A stretch of DNA of 64,000 bases, taken from assembly GCA_049516875.1 (NCBI GenBank), contig JBEKSS010000001.1, positions 470,549 to 534,548 of the forward strand. The letters are read 5' to 3'. Below the pieces are notes generated by a model. The model was not told the origin of the DNA, ran no database searches, and worked only from the letters and a program-made list of their open reading frames with translations. Origin of the DNA: Candidatus Bathyarchaeia archaeon. Lineage in GTDB: Archaea > Thermoproteota > Bathyarchaeia > Bathyarchaeales > Bathycorpusculaceae. The position numbers and the translations under genes were made by a program. Position 1 is the stretch's first letter. Every line of letters starts with the position of its first letter. This document shows, one piece after another, positions 51,560 through 61,242 of this stretch.

Positions 51560-52195
51560 TTGTCTGACCCTAGATTGACGCCAAGCGAGATACAGTTCCT
51601 ACAGGAGACTATGAGCGCAGATTACAAGATTAGCAGCATACGCTTGCGCGAGGGCGAACATCAGTTCGGCCTCGCCAAGGCAATAGCCTCCTTCCAGCTG
51701 GAACTGTACTTCCCGGATGTTAAAGACATCATAAAGAGACTGTACGGAGAGGAGAAAACAGCCGACGTTCAGCTGGTACGAAAAATCCAGACAATACTGA
51801 AGAAAATGGAGAAAAGCAACATAGTCAAGATCTTACCAAAGAAGAAGCCTTGGGAACTGCAGAAATACGCCCTTTCAAGCTTCAAATTCCAAGACGTTGA
51901 CAAGAACATGACCATTCTGGCAACGGACGAACAGATAAAGCAGGCCCAGAACCTGCTGAACTCCACGTTAAATCGGCTTCAGGAAAGCCCCGTAGGCAAA
52001 CTCAACGTCCAAACCAAAGCTTACACGTTTGCTCTTGCATTGTTGGTCGCCGCATCGTATGCCACGATTCTTTGGGATGTTATACAGCCCGTTGTCAGTC
52101 CAATCATCTTCGTGTCTGCTTTTCTGTTAGCCATCGCAGGTTCTTTCGTGCTCGGAAGTACACTGTCAAGGCAGGATATGCACGTTCCAACCTAA
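51560..52195 (+). CDS. Hypothetical wHTH-like protein with C-terminal TM helices
   Basis: Long ORF; KIQTILKKMEK..KKPWELQKY; two TM segments. Confidence 0.7.
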   Translation: MSDPRLTPSEIQFLQETMSADYKISSIRLREGEHQFGLAKAIASFQLELYFPDVKDIIKRLYGEEKTADVQLVRKIQTILKKMEKSNIVKILPKKKPWELQKYALSSFKFQDVDKNMTILATDEQIKQAQNLLNSTLNRLQESPVGKLNVQTKAYTFALALLVAASYATILWDVIQPVVSPIIFVSAFLLAIAGSFVLGSTLSRQDMHVPT

Positions 52196-52210
52196 TGTCA
52201 GGTGATTTGT

Positions 52211-53758
52211 ATGAGTACAAAGAAATCGGTCAAATTCGAAAAAACCATTTCAGTTCTGTGCCTAATCCTGTGTCTGCTGTCAATATTACCTTCCGGGTTC
52301 GAACTGCCCGCAAAAGCAGACTCCGATATTGTAACTGTCAACCCCTCTGAGTCAATTCAGGCAGCCATCAACAACAATGCAACAACAGGAAGCACCATAC
52401 TCGTCCGCGCAGGAACATACCAAGAAAGCCTAGTAGTTAACAAAAGCATCTCCCTGATCGGCGAAGGCAGAGACCAAACAATCATTCAGGGAGAAAACAA
52501 CCAGTTCATCATCAACATAACGGCCGACAACGTTATCATCGAAGGTTTCACGATTCGAAGCGATTTAAACCCCGACAGCGGAATAAGCATGTTCAGTTCC
52601 AAGGGAAATACCATAAGCCACAACACAGTGGAGAATTCTCAACAGGGAATTGTCCTCCAATACTCCAGCGACAACGTAATCTCGGACAACACAATAACAG
52701 CAAACACGCAAGGCGGAATCAACATTTACTTCACCTCGAACAACAACACACTCTCGGGAAACCTGATTTCAGGCAACAACGGAGGGTTTGGCATCTACGT
52801 TTCCGGCGGTAACATTCTCTCAGGCAACACTCTTGCCGGCAACTACCCGGGAGACGTCATCTCGTTCAGCAGTTATAACACTTTTTACGACAACAACTTC
52901 TACGACACGATCCAAGTTGACAGCTACGGCGTGGGAAACACATGGTACTACGCAGGTGAAGGCAACCACTGGAGTAACTATGCAGGTCATGACCGCGGAG
53001 ACGGAATAGGCAAAGAAGCCTACAACCTGACCGCGGGCATCAGAGATCCCTATCCTTTAATGGGAGAATTCTCCAGCTTCGACGCAACCCTAGCACGCGA
53101 AACGTATCAAATATCCCTCATCAGCAACTCAACAGTCTCTGACTTCGGGTTCGAAGTTGGAACAGAAACAGGGAACAAGATAATACAGTTCAACGTAGCA
53201 GGCTCAGAAGACACGGTCGGTTTCTCGCGCATCGCGATTCCAAAGGGGTTAATGAACACCTCAGTCAGCGTAATCGTCGGTGGAGAACAAATCACTCCGA
53301 CTCTGCTGAACACCCAAAACACCGCATTCAGCTACCTATACTTCACATACCCGCAGAACAACCAGACAATCCTGATAATCTCTTCAAAAACCATGGATCT
53401 CTACAACCAACTCTTAGACGAGTTCCTCACGTTGAACGCAACGTACTATGGACTTCTTGGCAACTACACCGCGCAGCTGCAAGCAGACTTGCACAATCTG
53501 AACACGACGTATAACGGACTCCTCAGCAGCTACGCTGATCTGCTGGGAAATTACAGTCAGCTTCAACAAAGCTACTTGGACTTGAATCGTTCCTATCAAG
53601 ACCATCTTTCAGATTACAGTCAAAACCTGCAAAACGTGCGAAGCCTAATGTACATCTTTGCGGCCGTCTCAGCAATTCTCATAGTGATCACCGTCTACTT
53701 CTCAAAACACGCGCATTCGCGTCCAACCAAAGCTCCGGAAGAGAGAGATCGATTCTGA
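52211..53758 (+). CDS. NosD/pectin-lyase-like parallel beta-helix surface protein
   Basis: SIQAAIN..GTYQE, Asn-rich repeats, GNHWSNY..DGIG..DPYPL; coiled coil plus C-terminal TM. Confidence 0.85.
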   Translation: MSTKKSVKFEKTISVLCLILCLLSILPSGFELPAKADSDIVTVNPSESIQAAINNNATTGSTILVRAGTYQESLVVNKSISLIGEGRDQTIIQGENNQFIINITADNVIIEGFTIRSDLNPDSGISMFSSKGNTISHNTVENSQQGIVLQYSSDNVISDNTITANTQGGINIYFTSNNNTLSGNLISGNNGGFGIYVSGGNILSGNTLAGNYPGDVISFSSYNTFYDNNFYDTIQVDSYGVGNTWYYAGEGNHWSNYAGHDRGDGIGKEAYNLTAGIRDPYPLMGEFSSFDATLARETYQISLISNSTVSDFGFEVGTETGNKIIQFNVAGSEDTVGFSRIAIPKGLMNTSVSVIVGGEQITPTLLNTQNTAFSYLYFTYPQNNQTILIISSKTMDLYNQLLDEFLTLNATYYGLLGNYTAQLQADLHNLNTTYNGLLSSYADLLGNYSQLQQSYLDLNRSYQDHLSDYSQNLQNVRSLMYIFAAVSAILIVITVYFSKHAHSRPTKAPEERDRF

Positions 53759-53858
53759 GCTGACCATTCAGTTCTGCTGTATAACTCCGACCTTGCATGA
53801 GAGAAAGCTAAATAAAAGTTTAACCCTATTCCCGTCTTATCAGCTTTTAGTGTATGGC

Positions 53859-53932
53859 GCGGTCGTAGTCCAGCCTGGCTAGGACATCGGCTTCCCAAGC
53901 CGACGACCCGGGTTCAAATCCCGGCGACCGCA
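53859..53932 (+). tRNA. tRNA-Gly (anticodon CCC)
   Basis: Acceptor GCGGTCG/CGACCGC, discriminator A, anticodon arm TCGGC-TTCCCAA-GCCGA, GGTTCAAATCC T-loop; no intron, CCA not encoded. Confidence 0.95.
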
Positions 53933-53986
53933 CTGATAGACGAGTGCAGACATCGGATGTTAAGAGGCACATTTTGACACGTGTGA

Positions 53987-54385
53987 TTATAAGGACATAA
54001 ACATGGCCTTGACCTGTTGAATGCCTCGCATTCCTCTGACCCTTCCGATTAAATCGAGAATTCGCTTGTTTTTTCCTTGGGCAATGAATATTTCCAGGCA
54101 ATACTTGTCATCAATGTGCCTATGGACGTTCTCCACGACTACATCGTCGAATTCGTGCCTGACCTCTGTCATCTTCAGGTCAACGTCTCTCCTGGCGTAG
54201 TCGCACGTAATCATTATCGTGGCGGCTACTTCGCCAGTCTCTGTTCTGGCAATGTCCGATTCAGCAATGAGGTTTCTTATCGCGTCTCGGAAGGCTTCTG
54301 ACCTGCTGTAGTATCCGCGTGTTTTCATGAAATCGTCGAACTTTGTGAGAAGGTCGCCTGGAAGGGTTATGCTTATGACAGTCAT
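53987..54385 (-). CDS. nikR: Nickel-responsive regulator NikR family
   Basis: RHH N-terminus (SRSEAFRDAIR); H..HxH..C metal-site pattern (RHEF..VHRH..YCLE). Confidence 0.85.
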   Translation of the reverse strand: MTVISITLPGDLLTKFDDFMKTRGYYSRSEAFRDAIRNLIAESDIARTETGEVAATIMITCDYARRDVDLKMTEVRHEFDDVVVENVHRHIDDKYCLEIFIAQGKNKRILDLIGRVRGMRGIQQVKAMFMSL

Positions 54386-54507
54386 TCAAACCACCCACGG
54401 CAGCTATTAACATAGCAGGATATTGATATTAGCCTATTAATATTTTGCCCGCGTTCATTAGCACTAATTTAATATGGTAACCTGCATCTTGCTGAATATG
54501 ATGCGGG

Positions 54508-56457
54508 ATGAGCTGGACGGACAAACCAGAACCGGAACAACGTGAGCGGCGTGAAAGCAACAGAACGTGGATCTTTCTAGCGTTGGCATTCGGTCTGACA
54601 ATTGCCATTTCAGGCTTGCTCGATCTCTTGCTACAAGGAATTCCGCTTGGTTTTGCGATACCGTTGCTGAACACGCCTGCAAGCGTATCGAGGATAGTCT
54701 ACTATGTCGCCGTCATTGCAGGAGGAGTGTACGTTGGTGTTCTTGGTTTGAAGGAGCTTATCGTGGAGAGAAGGTTTTCAGTGGAGTTTTTGATGTCTGT
54801 TGCAGCCTTGGGTGCCGCGTATTTGGGTTTTCTTTTTGAGGCTGCAACCGTGCTTTTTCTGTATTCGCTGGCAGAGTATTTTGAAGGCTACATACAGGAT
54901 CGCGCGATGAAAACGGTTGAGAAGCTTTCGCGGTTCATGCCTGATAAGGCTTCGATAATTGAGGATGGTTCTGAAAAAACGATTGATGTGAAAGAAGCCC
55001 GGGCGGGCATGATTATGATGGTGAGACCCGGAGAAGGAATCGCGCTTGACGGCAGTGTGGTTGAAGGCTGTTCTTCTGTTGATCAATCACTTGTTACGGG
55101 AGAGTCCGTTCCGATTCTGAAGAGGGCTGGAGACTGCGTTTATGCAGGCACTATGAACTCGGGTGGCATTCTCAAAGTGGCTATAAACAAGGGTGCTGAA
55201 GACACGTTGGTGTCCAGAATCGTGAAGCTTGTCGTTGAATCTAGGAAGAGAAAGGCATCGATTGAAAGGTTGGTTGACAGGTTTGCCCGCGTCTACGTGC
55301 CGATTGTCATAGGCCTTGCCGCGTTCACGGCACTGGTAATCCCAAGGTTGACTGGTGGATCATTCAGCATGTGGCTCTATAGATCCCTAATTCTCCTGGT
55401 GATTTCCTGCCCGAGTGCTTTCGTTATTTCGGTTCCGGCAACCATTTTCACGGCCGTGACTGTTGCCGCCCGAAAAGGAGTTCTCGTTAAGGGGGGAATC
55501 TACATTGAAAAGTTGGCGAAAGTCAAAGCTATTGTCTTTGACAAAACGGGCACATTGACTTTGGGAAAGCCTGTCGTGAATGATGTTGATTCCATCGAAA
55601 AATCTGGTCAGCATGCTTTGAAATATGCGGCCGCGTTGGAACAGTTCTCAAATCATCCGCTTGCTCAAACCATCGTCAGAAAGGCAAAGGAGCGCAATCT
55701 CAATTATGACGAGCTCGAGGTCAAGAACGTGGAAGAGGTTCCGGGCAAGGGCATGGCGGGTTATGTTGATGGCGTTCATGTTGTTGTTGGTAACATGGAC
55801 TTTATGAAACAGCACGATTGCAACTGCGAACGGATAAGTGAGAGTTATGAAAATGAGAAGCATACTGCAGTGTGTGTCTCGATGGACAAGACTGCTGTGG
55901 CTTCCTTCTGTGTTATGGACGAGGTTAGAAAGGACGCAGCTGAAGCGGTGAAGACACTGAAAAAGTCTGGAATTCATACGGTGATGTTGACAGGGGATAA
56001 GCAGGAAATAGCAGAGGAGGTCGGGAGAAAACTTGGTATCGATGATGTGTATTCTGGACTTTTTCCCGAAGACAAGCTGAGGATTCTTGGTCAGATCAAG
56101 GCAGAGTATGGAACAGTGTCGATGGTGGGTGACGGCGTTAACGATGCTCCCGCTCTTGCAGCTTCAGACGTGGGAATCGCGATGGGGAGCAGCAGAGTAG
56201 ACGTTGCCGTGGAATCGGCCGACATCGTGCTGGTCAAAAACGAATTATCTCAGATCCCGTACCTTGTGAAGCTCAGCAATGAGACCGTGAGTATTGCTAA
56301 ACAGAACATAGTTGCATCGTTGGCCGTCAAAATCGTTCTCGGCGCCCTCGGGCTGTTCGGGTTTATTCCGTTATGGTTTACCGTGGCTTCGGGTGACGAT
56401 GGCGTAACCATGCTTCTGCTCTTGAACACTCTGCGTCTGACACAAGTAAGGACATAG
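54508..56457 (+). CDS. Heavy-metal P1B-type ATPase lacking an N-terminal metal-binding domain
   Basis: TGES, SCPSA, DKTGTLT, SNHP, MVGDGVNDAPAL. Confidence 0.93.
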   Translation: MSWTDKPEPEQRERRESNRTWIFLALAFGLTIAISGLLDLLLQGIPLGFAIPLLNTPASVSRIVYYVAVIAGGVYVGVLGLKELIVERRFSVEFLMSVAALGAAYLGFLFEAATVLFLYSLAEYFEGYIQDRAMKTVEKLSRFMPDKASIIEDGSEKTIDVKEARAGMIMMVRPGEGIALDGSVVEGCSSVDQSLVTGESVPILKRAGDCVYAGTMNSGGILKVAINKGAEDTLVSRIVKLVVESRKRKASIERLVDRFARVYVPIVIGLAAFTALVIPRLTGGSFSMWLYRSLILLVISCPSAFVISVPATIFTAVTVAARKGVLVKGGIYIEKLAKVKAIVFDKTGTLTLGKPVVNDVDSIEKSGQHALKYAAALEQFSNHPLAQTIVRKAKERNLNYDELEVKNVEEVPGKGMAGYVDGVHVVVGNMDFMKQHDCNCERISESYENEKHTAVCVSMDKTAVASFCVMDEVRKDAAEAVKTLKKSGIHTVMLTGDKQEIAEEVGRKLGIDDVYSGLFPEDKLRILGQIKAEYGTVSMVGDGVNDAPALAASDVGIAMGSSRVDVAVESADIVLVKNELSQIPYLVKLSNETVSIAKQNIVASLAVKIVLGALGLFGFIPLWFTVASGDDGVTMLLLLNTLRLTQVRT

Positions 56458-56564
56458 CGCATGCTTGGACTTTTCTAGTTATGTGCGAGCGCACAGCCTA
56501 CCCGCCGCGTCTGCTGATGATGCTAGTGTGTTTGGTTTCCTAAGTGGGATGCGTGCACGGTTGT

Positions 56565-56689
56565 TTGTGTTGGGTCTTGAGGCCTTGTGTTTGAGTACTC
56601 AAACCGTGATTTCTTTGAGTGTCAAAACATTGTTGAAACATGTTGGTTTGAAGCTTTTTTTACTCAATTCCGCGAGGCTTTTGAGGGTC
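56565..56689 (-). repeat. ~130-150 bp dispersed repeat, copy 3 (inverted)
   Basis: Reverse complement aligns to 38301-38430; palindrome TTTGAGTACTCAAA at 56590-56603. Confidence 0.9.
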
Positions 56690-56909
56690 AAAAGTTGGAG
56701 GGTCCGCGAATGTTTCTGGGAGTTCGGGGGCAGTGGTGACGGAAAGAGTGTGGGTTGTGGAATATGTCTCGTGAGATGGTTGCCGATAGAATTAGGGATG
56801 TCGTTGGCGGATGTGCTTGTTTACTGTGGGCACACTGTGCGAGATGTGGGCTGCCCGTTGGGCTGGGACTCGGAGTGATAGAGAAAAGGGAGGGGGTTGT
56901 TGAAGATGT

Positions 56910-57722
56910 TCAGTGTGGTCCGAATACTCCGGCGAACACGAGCCAGGCTAGGAGTGTTTTTGCTACGAAGCTGAGGACGATGTAGGTTCTTTCGCCGTAT
57001 AGGTAGTCTTTCCAGCGGCCAACGCCCTTGTACTGCAGGACCATGTTGACTGCGAAGACCATGAAGAGTAGGAGATAGGTGAAGAGTATGAAGTACACGA
57101 AGGTTGGTGGACCTAGACCCGGGCTTGCTGAGGTGACGGCGCCTACGAAGTAGGCGAAAATCACGATCCATGGGAGGCCGCCGGAGATGCAGCCCAGGTT
57201 GAAGGCGGACCAGTTGGTCTTCTCGGTTTTCTGGTTCACGAATTCCATCAGGTACCCGAACATTATCATCATTGCGTTCAGCACAAAAATCATTGTGAGT
57301 GACCAGAAATCCAGGATGCCGACGAACGTTGATATCAAGGCTATCATTATGGAGCTTGAGAGGGCGTACTCGTACCAGCGGTAGGGATTCATGCCCTTCT
57401 TCAGGTTCTCGTTGTAGCTCTTGTTCTTCGGATAAGCAATCGTGAAATGGGCTATCGCAGAAATCAGAGGAAAAGCCGCAAGTATCACCCCTAGGTTGTT
57501 GAATGTGAAAAGGGATTGGATGCTCGGCAACCACGGTGGAGGACCCGCTGCATTGAGATAGAAAGTGTACACCTTCACTGGCCAGTTAAGCATCAAGCCC
57601 AAAGTCAACATTAGAATTCCTTGGATGAGATGTAGAACACCCGCGGCAGCGTTGAAACGCTTCAGATACGCAAAAGAAATAGGCGAATGAGCGATTATTT
57701 CCTGTCTTTCTTCATAGTTCAT
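56910..57722 (-). CDS. Heliorhodopsin
   Basis: FN..AG.LHLIQ, NPYRWYEYALSSS.M, GERTYIVLSFVAK (retinal-binding Lys in SxxxK). Confidence 0.92.
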   Translation of the reverse strand: MNYEERQEIIAHSPISFAYLKRFNAAAGVLHLIQGILMLTLGLMLNWPVKVYTFYLNAAGPPPWLPSIQSLFTFNNLGVILAAFPLISAIAHFTIAYPKNKSYNENLKKGMNPYRWYEYALSSSIMIALISTFVGILDFWSLTMIFVLNAMMIMFGYLMEFVNQKTEKTNWSAFNLGCISGGLPWIVIFAYFVGAVTSASPGLGPPTFVYFILFTYLLLFMVFAVNMVLQYKGVGRWKDYLYGERTYIVLSFVAKTLLAWLVFAGVFGPH

Positions 57723-57951
57723 GAAACGAAATATTATCAAGAAATGTTAATATGCTTTTGCAAGCTTTCTCCATGCCTATTGTTGCTTTCGATTTGGGTT
57801 TTCGCTTTGGTTTAAGTGATTGTGTTGTGGGTACGTGGTGCGTGGATTCGGTGCAGTTTTGAAGTGTTTAGTCGCCGGCGGAGATGCAGCATTCGTCACA
57901 TACGCGGCGGGTTTTCTGCAGAGAGCGATGGAGGAACAGCTCGGACGTTTG

Positions 57952-58536
57952 CTATACCTGCAGTTTCAGTTTGCTCATGTAGAGTTCCCGGAGCTTTGCG
58001 AGTTTCGGTGCGATAACCAGACTGCAGTAAGGTTGTTCTGGGTGACGTTTGAAGTAGTTTCTGTGGTAGTCTTCAGCCTCGTAGAAGACTCTGAACGGTT
58101 CCAACTGTGTTACTATGGGTGCATCGAAGATTTTTTCTTCAGTAATTTCTTTGATCACCTGCTCAGCAATTGCTTTCTGTTGATCGTTGTGGTAGAATAT
58201 TACTGAGCGGTATTGAGTGCCGACGTCTGGACCTTGACGGTTCAGGGTCGTTGGATCGTGCGTTGAAAAGAATATTTCCAAGATTTCCTTATAGGATATA
58301 GCGTTAGGATCGAAGGTGATTTGCACGGCTTCTGCGTGTCCTGTTGTTCCTGTAGAGACTTGTTCATAAGTCGGGTTCTCCAGTTTGCCGCCGGAATAGC
58401 CAGGTTCAACTTTTTCCACGCCTTTCAACTGACTGAAAACGGCTTCGGTGCACCAAAAACAGCCCCCACCGAGAGTTGCCACTTCCATTCGTTTTGTGGC
58501 AGCCGGTTTCAACTTTTCTTGACTCACGAACATCAA
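57952..58536 (-). CDS. msrA: Peptide methionine sulfoxide reductase A
   Basis: [32 protein letters not shown]. Confidence 0.96.
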   Translation of the reverse strand: MMFVSQEKLKPAATKRMEVATLGGGCFWCTEAVFSQLKGVEKVEPGYSGGKLENPTYEQVSTGTTGHAEAVQITFDPNAISYKEILEIFFSTHDPTTLNRQGPDVGTQYRSVIFYHNDQQKAIAEQVIKEITEEKIFDAPIVTQLEPFRVFYEAEDYHRNYFKRHPEQPYCSLVIAPKLAKLRELYMSKLKLQV

Positions 58537-58568
58537 CCCATAAAAATGCAGAGTTGAAGCCCGTCCAA

Positions 58569-58886
58569 TCAGTGTGCATCAGTCAGGTTTTTTAGGTGCT
58601 TTTCCTCCAATCCTACTCCTGGCACGCCGTCCAACCGTTTTTTGACTTTTCCTTTTTCAAAGAGAAGCACTGTGGGCACAACTTCCACGGAGTATTTCTC
58701 ACAAAGGCTCGCCTTGTCGTCGGTCACGATCCGCAGACACGTAAGCGGTTTGTCCTTAGCATACTTCTCAAATACCGGCAAGAACCTTTGAGAAAAAGGG
58801 CACCAAGACGCGTAGAAAAGAACGACAACTCTGTCCTTGGATTTCAGTACATCATCAAGACCATACTCGACATCGATTTTACTCAT
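58569..58886 (-). CDS. Thioredoxin-fold protein (WCPFS, CxxS)
   Basis: [13 protein letters not shown]; GGAGG SD before ATG at 58886. Confidence 0.85.
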   Translation of the reverse strand: MSKIDVEYGLDDVLKSKDRVVVLFYASWCPFSQRFLPVFEKYAKDKPLTCLRIVTDDKASLCEKYSVEVVPTVLLFEKGKVKKRLDGVPGVGLEEKHLKNLTDAH

Positions 58887-58908
58887 CAAACATCCCTCCT
58901 GGTTCATG

Positions 58909-59652
58909 CTATTCTGGGTAGTGACTGCTGTCGCAGAAAGGCTTGTTGGAAGACTTGCCGCAACGGCAAAGAGTAACGCGATTGCGGATTTCATAAGTCT
59001 TACCGTCGGCAGACTCAATCGGAATCCCGCCGCGCACCCAGATTGGACCGCTCACGCTGACCTGAGGATCTTCAATCAATCCGATGGATCGTTCGAATTT
59101 AGGCTCAAGTGGTTTCCGGGTTTTTTTATCCCAAACCACCAGACGGCCAGAGGGACAGTCTCCAGCCTCTTCTATGGCAATTCTCTTAGCTTCCGGGTTG
59201 CCTGATTGTGGGATAAGGTTCCAGATTTGGCCAGCTCGGTGGCAAAAACGAGCGGATGCGCATAAGTCCTTAGCATCGGTCAATGTTAAGGCTGGACCGT
59301 CTATCTCTTCGGCTTGGTCGATATAACGCTCTCGGCTAGCCGTTTCCGTGCCGTCAAAATTGATTTTTACGTGTGTTCCGTCGCAAAACGGTTTGTTCTT
59401 GGATTGCCCACAACGGCAAAGGGCGCAGTTTTCCTTTAATTCGAGTTTATTGCCCGGGCGCCATTCATTCGGAATTCCGTCAGTATCGATACTAATTATT
59501 TGTGTGACTAATGGAACTCCACCGGAAACAAGATAGGGACCATTCTTACTTGCTCTGATCTTGCATCCACTATTTTTGACTTCGTTCCTGACTTCTTTTT
59601 TGGTTCCCAAATGCACTTGATCCCCTTTTACATATCTTGTTTCTTTCCACAA
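58909..59652 (-). CDS. CDGSH iron-sulfur domain protein (two CDGSH-type domains around a Cys-rich middle domain)
   Basis: LCRCGQSKNKPFCDGTH and LCRCGKSSNKPFCDSSH; CASARFC..CPSG. Confidence 0.9.
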   Translation of the reverse strand: MWKETRYVKGDQVHLGTKKEVRNEVKNSGCKIRASKNGPYLVSGGVPLVTQIISIDTDGIPNEWRPGNKLELKENCALCRCGQSKNKPFCDGTHVKINFDGTETASRERYIDQAEEIDGPALTLTDAKDLCASARFCHRAGQIWNLIPQSGNPEAKRIAIEEAGDCPSGRLVVWDKKTRKPLEPKFERSIGLIEDPQVSVSGPIWVRGGIPIESADGKTYEIRNRVTLCRCGKSSNKPFCDSSHYPE

Positions 59653-59816
59653 CCTTTTGAAGTTGCCGATGCTTTTCTTTGCTTCGATATCCCCTTTTTA
59701 CCAAACGGCATATATCGTTAGGCAAGACAGACGCGCGTGCCCGTAACGTTGGAATCACATACTGATTCAAAGAGATTCGACTAAAAACATTCTGTAACAT
59801 TATCCGGAGTGTTTCT

Positions 59817-59866
59817 GTAGAGGGCAGGGTGGGATTTGAACCCTATCTCTGATGGCGATTTTTCCC
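59817..59866 (-). repeat. Degenerate tRNA-3'-half-like (att-like) sequence, copy 1
   Basis: Minus strand GGTTCAAATCCCACCCTGCCCTCTAC; similar to 61109-61158. Confidence 0.6.
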
Positions 59867-60039
59867 AAATCTCTTCAAACCGTCTTCCTTATGTTTAGAG
59901 AGTCAAAAGACTGTTGTGTTGGTTGTGACACGATTGGCAGTAGCACGGACCAATCCGCAAATCTTGGCAGAACGCACTGTAATATATAAGGTTCGCAGTA
60001 AAATCGATTAGGCACAGGCGAATTTGGAGATGCGGCTGA

Positions 60040-60909
60040 ATGAGTAAGGTCAGAATTCCTCTCTATCACGTTGACGCTTTCACCAAGGAACCTTTCAAGG
60101 GTAATCCTGCAGCTGTGTGCTTTCTGGAGCAGCCCTTCAAAGACAATGTACTCGGAGCCATTGCAGCAGAGATGAACTTGTCTGAAACTGCCTTTCTGCG
60201 GAAACTTGCGCAGAAGTCTGTCAAAGACCAACAATTCTTTTCTCTCCGATGGTTTACGCCGAAGACGGAAGTGGATCTTTGTGGTCATGCAACCCTCGCA
60301 ACCGCCGCAGTCCTTTTCTATGAAATTAGAATCCGAGCGGCTGAGGTGTCCTTTGAGACGAGAAGCGGAATATTGACCGCAAGACTTGAAGACGGTGGAA
60401 TCCTCTTGGACTTTCCAAGCTATGAGACGATACCTGCTGATCCAAGCCGCGATTTTCTGGGCGCATTAGGGATTGACGATTTCATAAGTGCGCATTTGTC
60501 AGAGAAGACAGGAGACCTTCTGATTCTGTTGGAGAACGAGGAGACTCTTACGAACTTGAAGCCGGACTTTGAACGTATGAAATCTATGGGAACAAAAGAG
60601 AAAATAGAGGGGGTCATCGTAACCTCGAAAGGACATGCACAGTATGATTTTGTTTCACGATTCTTTGCTCCCTGTCTCGGGATAGACGAAGATCCCGTAA
60701 CTGGAGCAGCGCACACGGTGCTGGGCCCTTTCTGGTCGAAGAAACTGGGGAAAAAGGAAATGCTGGCTTATCAGGCGTCACAAAGGGGAGGCAAACTCAC
60801 TGTGAAGATTCTTTCGCCTGACAGAGTCGGGTTGATTGGCAACGCAGTCATCATTTCGAAGGGGGAGCTTTATCTGCCACAGCACGAGTTTAAGTTGAGC
60901 ACATGTTGA
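60040..60909 (+). CDS. PhzF-family isomerase/epimerase
   Basis: VDAFT..FKGNPAAV, EMNLSETAF, EVDLCGHATL, EDPVTG. Confidence 0.93.
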   Translation: MSKVRIPLYHVDAFTKEPFKGNPAAVCFLEQPFKDNVLGAIAAEMNLSETAFLRKLAQKSVKDQQFFSLRWFTPKTEVDLCGHATLATAAVLFYEIRIRAAEVSFETRSGILTARLEDGGILLDFPSYETIPADPSRDFLGALGIDDFISAHLSEKTGDLLILLENEETLTNLKPDFERMKSMGTKEKIEGVIVTSKGHAQYDFVSRFFAPCLGIDEDPVTGAAHTVLGPFWSKKLGKKEMLAYQASQRGGKLTVKILSPDRVGLIGNAVIISKGELYLPQHEFKLSTC

Positions 60910-61108
60910 TTAATTCTGTTTCAGCGCTCGACTATTTCGTTGTGTATCTGTTTTTTCCAGAGAAAGAATCCATTACTCTGGACTTCGGAGAATGGGCGAC
61001 GAATTTCATATGAAGCGGCGATGTCTCCACTATCTCCCGCCCATTCTCCCTCTTCTTGATTGACTGGATATTTCACTATTCGTCTGACTTATGCAGCCAT
61101 ATGTTTTC

Positions 61109-61158
61109 GTAGCGGGCGGGGTGGGATTTGCACCTCAAACCTAATGGCGAAATCTCCC
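61109..61158 (-). repeat. Degenerate tRNA-3'-half-like (att-like) sequence, copy 2
   Basis: Minus strand GGTGCAAATCCCACCCCGCCCGCTAC. Confidence 0.6.
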
Positions 61159-61242
61159 GCACATCCCCCTTTTTCTTCTACGCGCACCGCCATAATCCAA
61201 ACTTCGCAGGTCTCGTTTGTAGATCCCATCTTTTGCAGATGC

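Noticed and set aside
53847-54101. 84-aa ORF over the tRNA
   Set aside because: Antisense to tRNA-Gly and overlaps nikR.
38197-56878. Family of small proteins sharing LCLSxQxxISLSVKT (38197-38445, 50764-50988, 56465-56878)
   Set aside because: These are translations of the non-coding repeat; the flanks are unrelated and starts and stops are inconsistent.
59817-61158. Functional or split tRNA genes
   Set aside because: No D or anticodon arm and no bulge-helix-bulge or complementary leader seen; one copy has a mutated T-loop.
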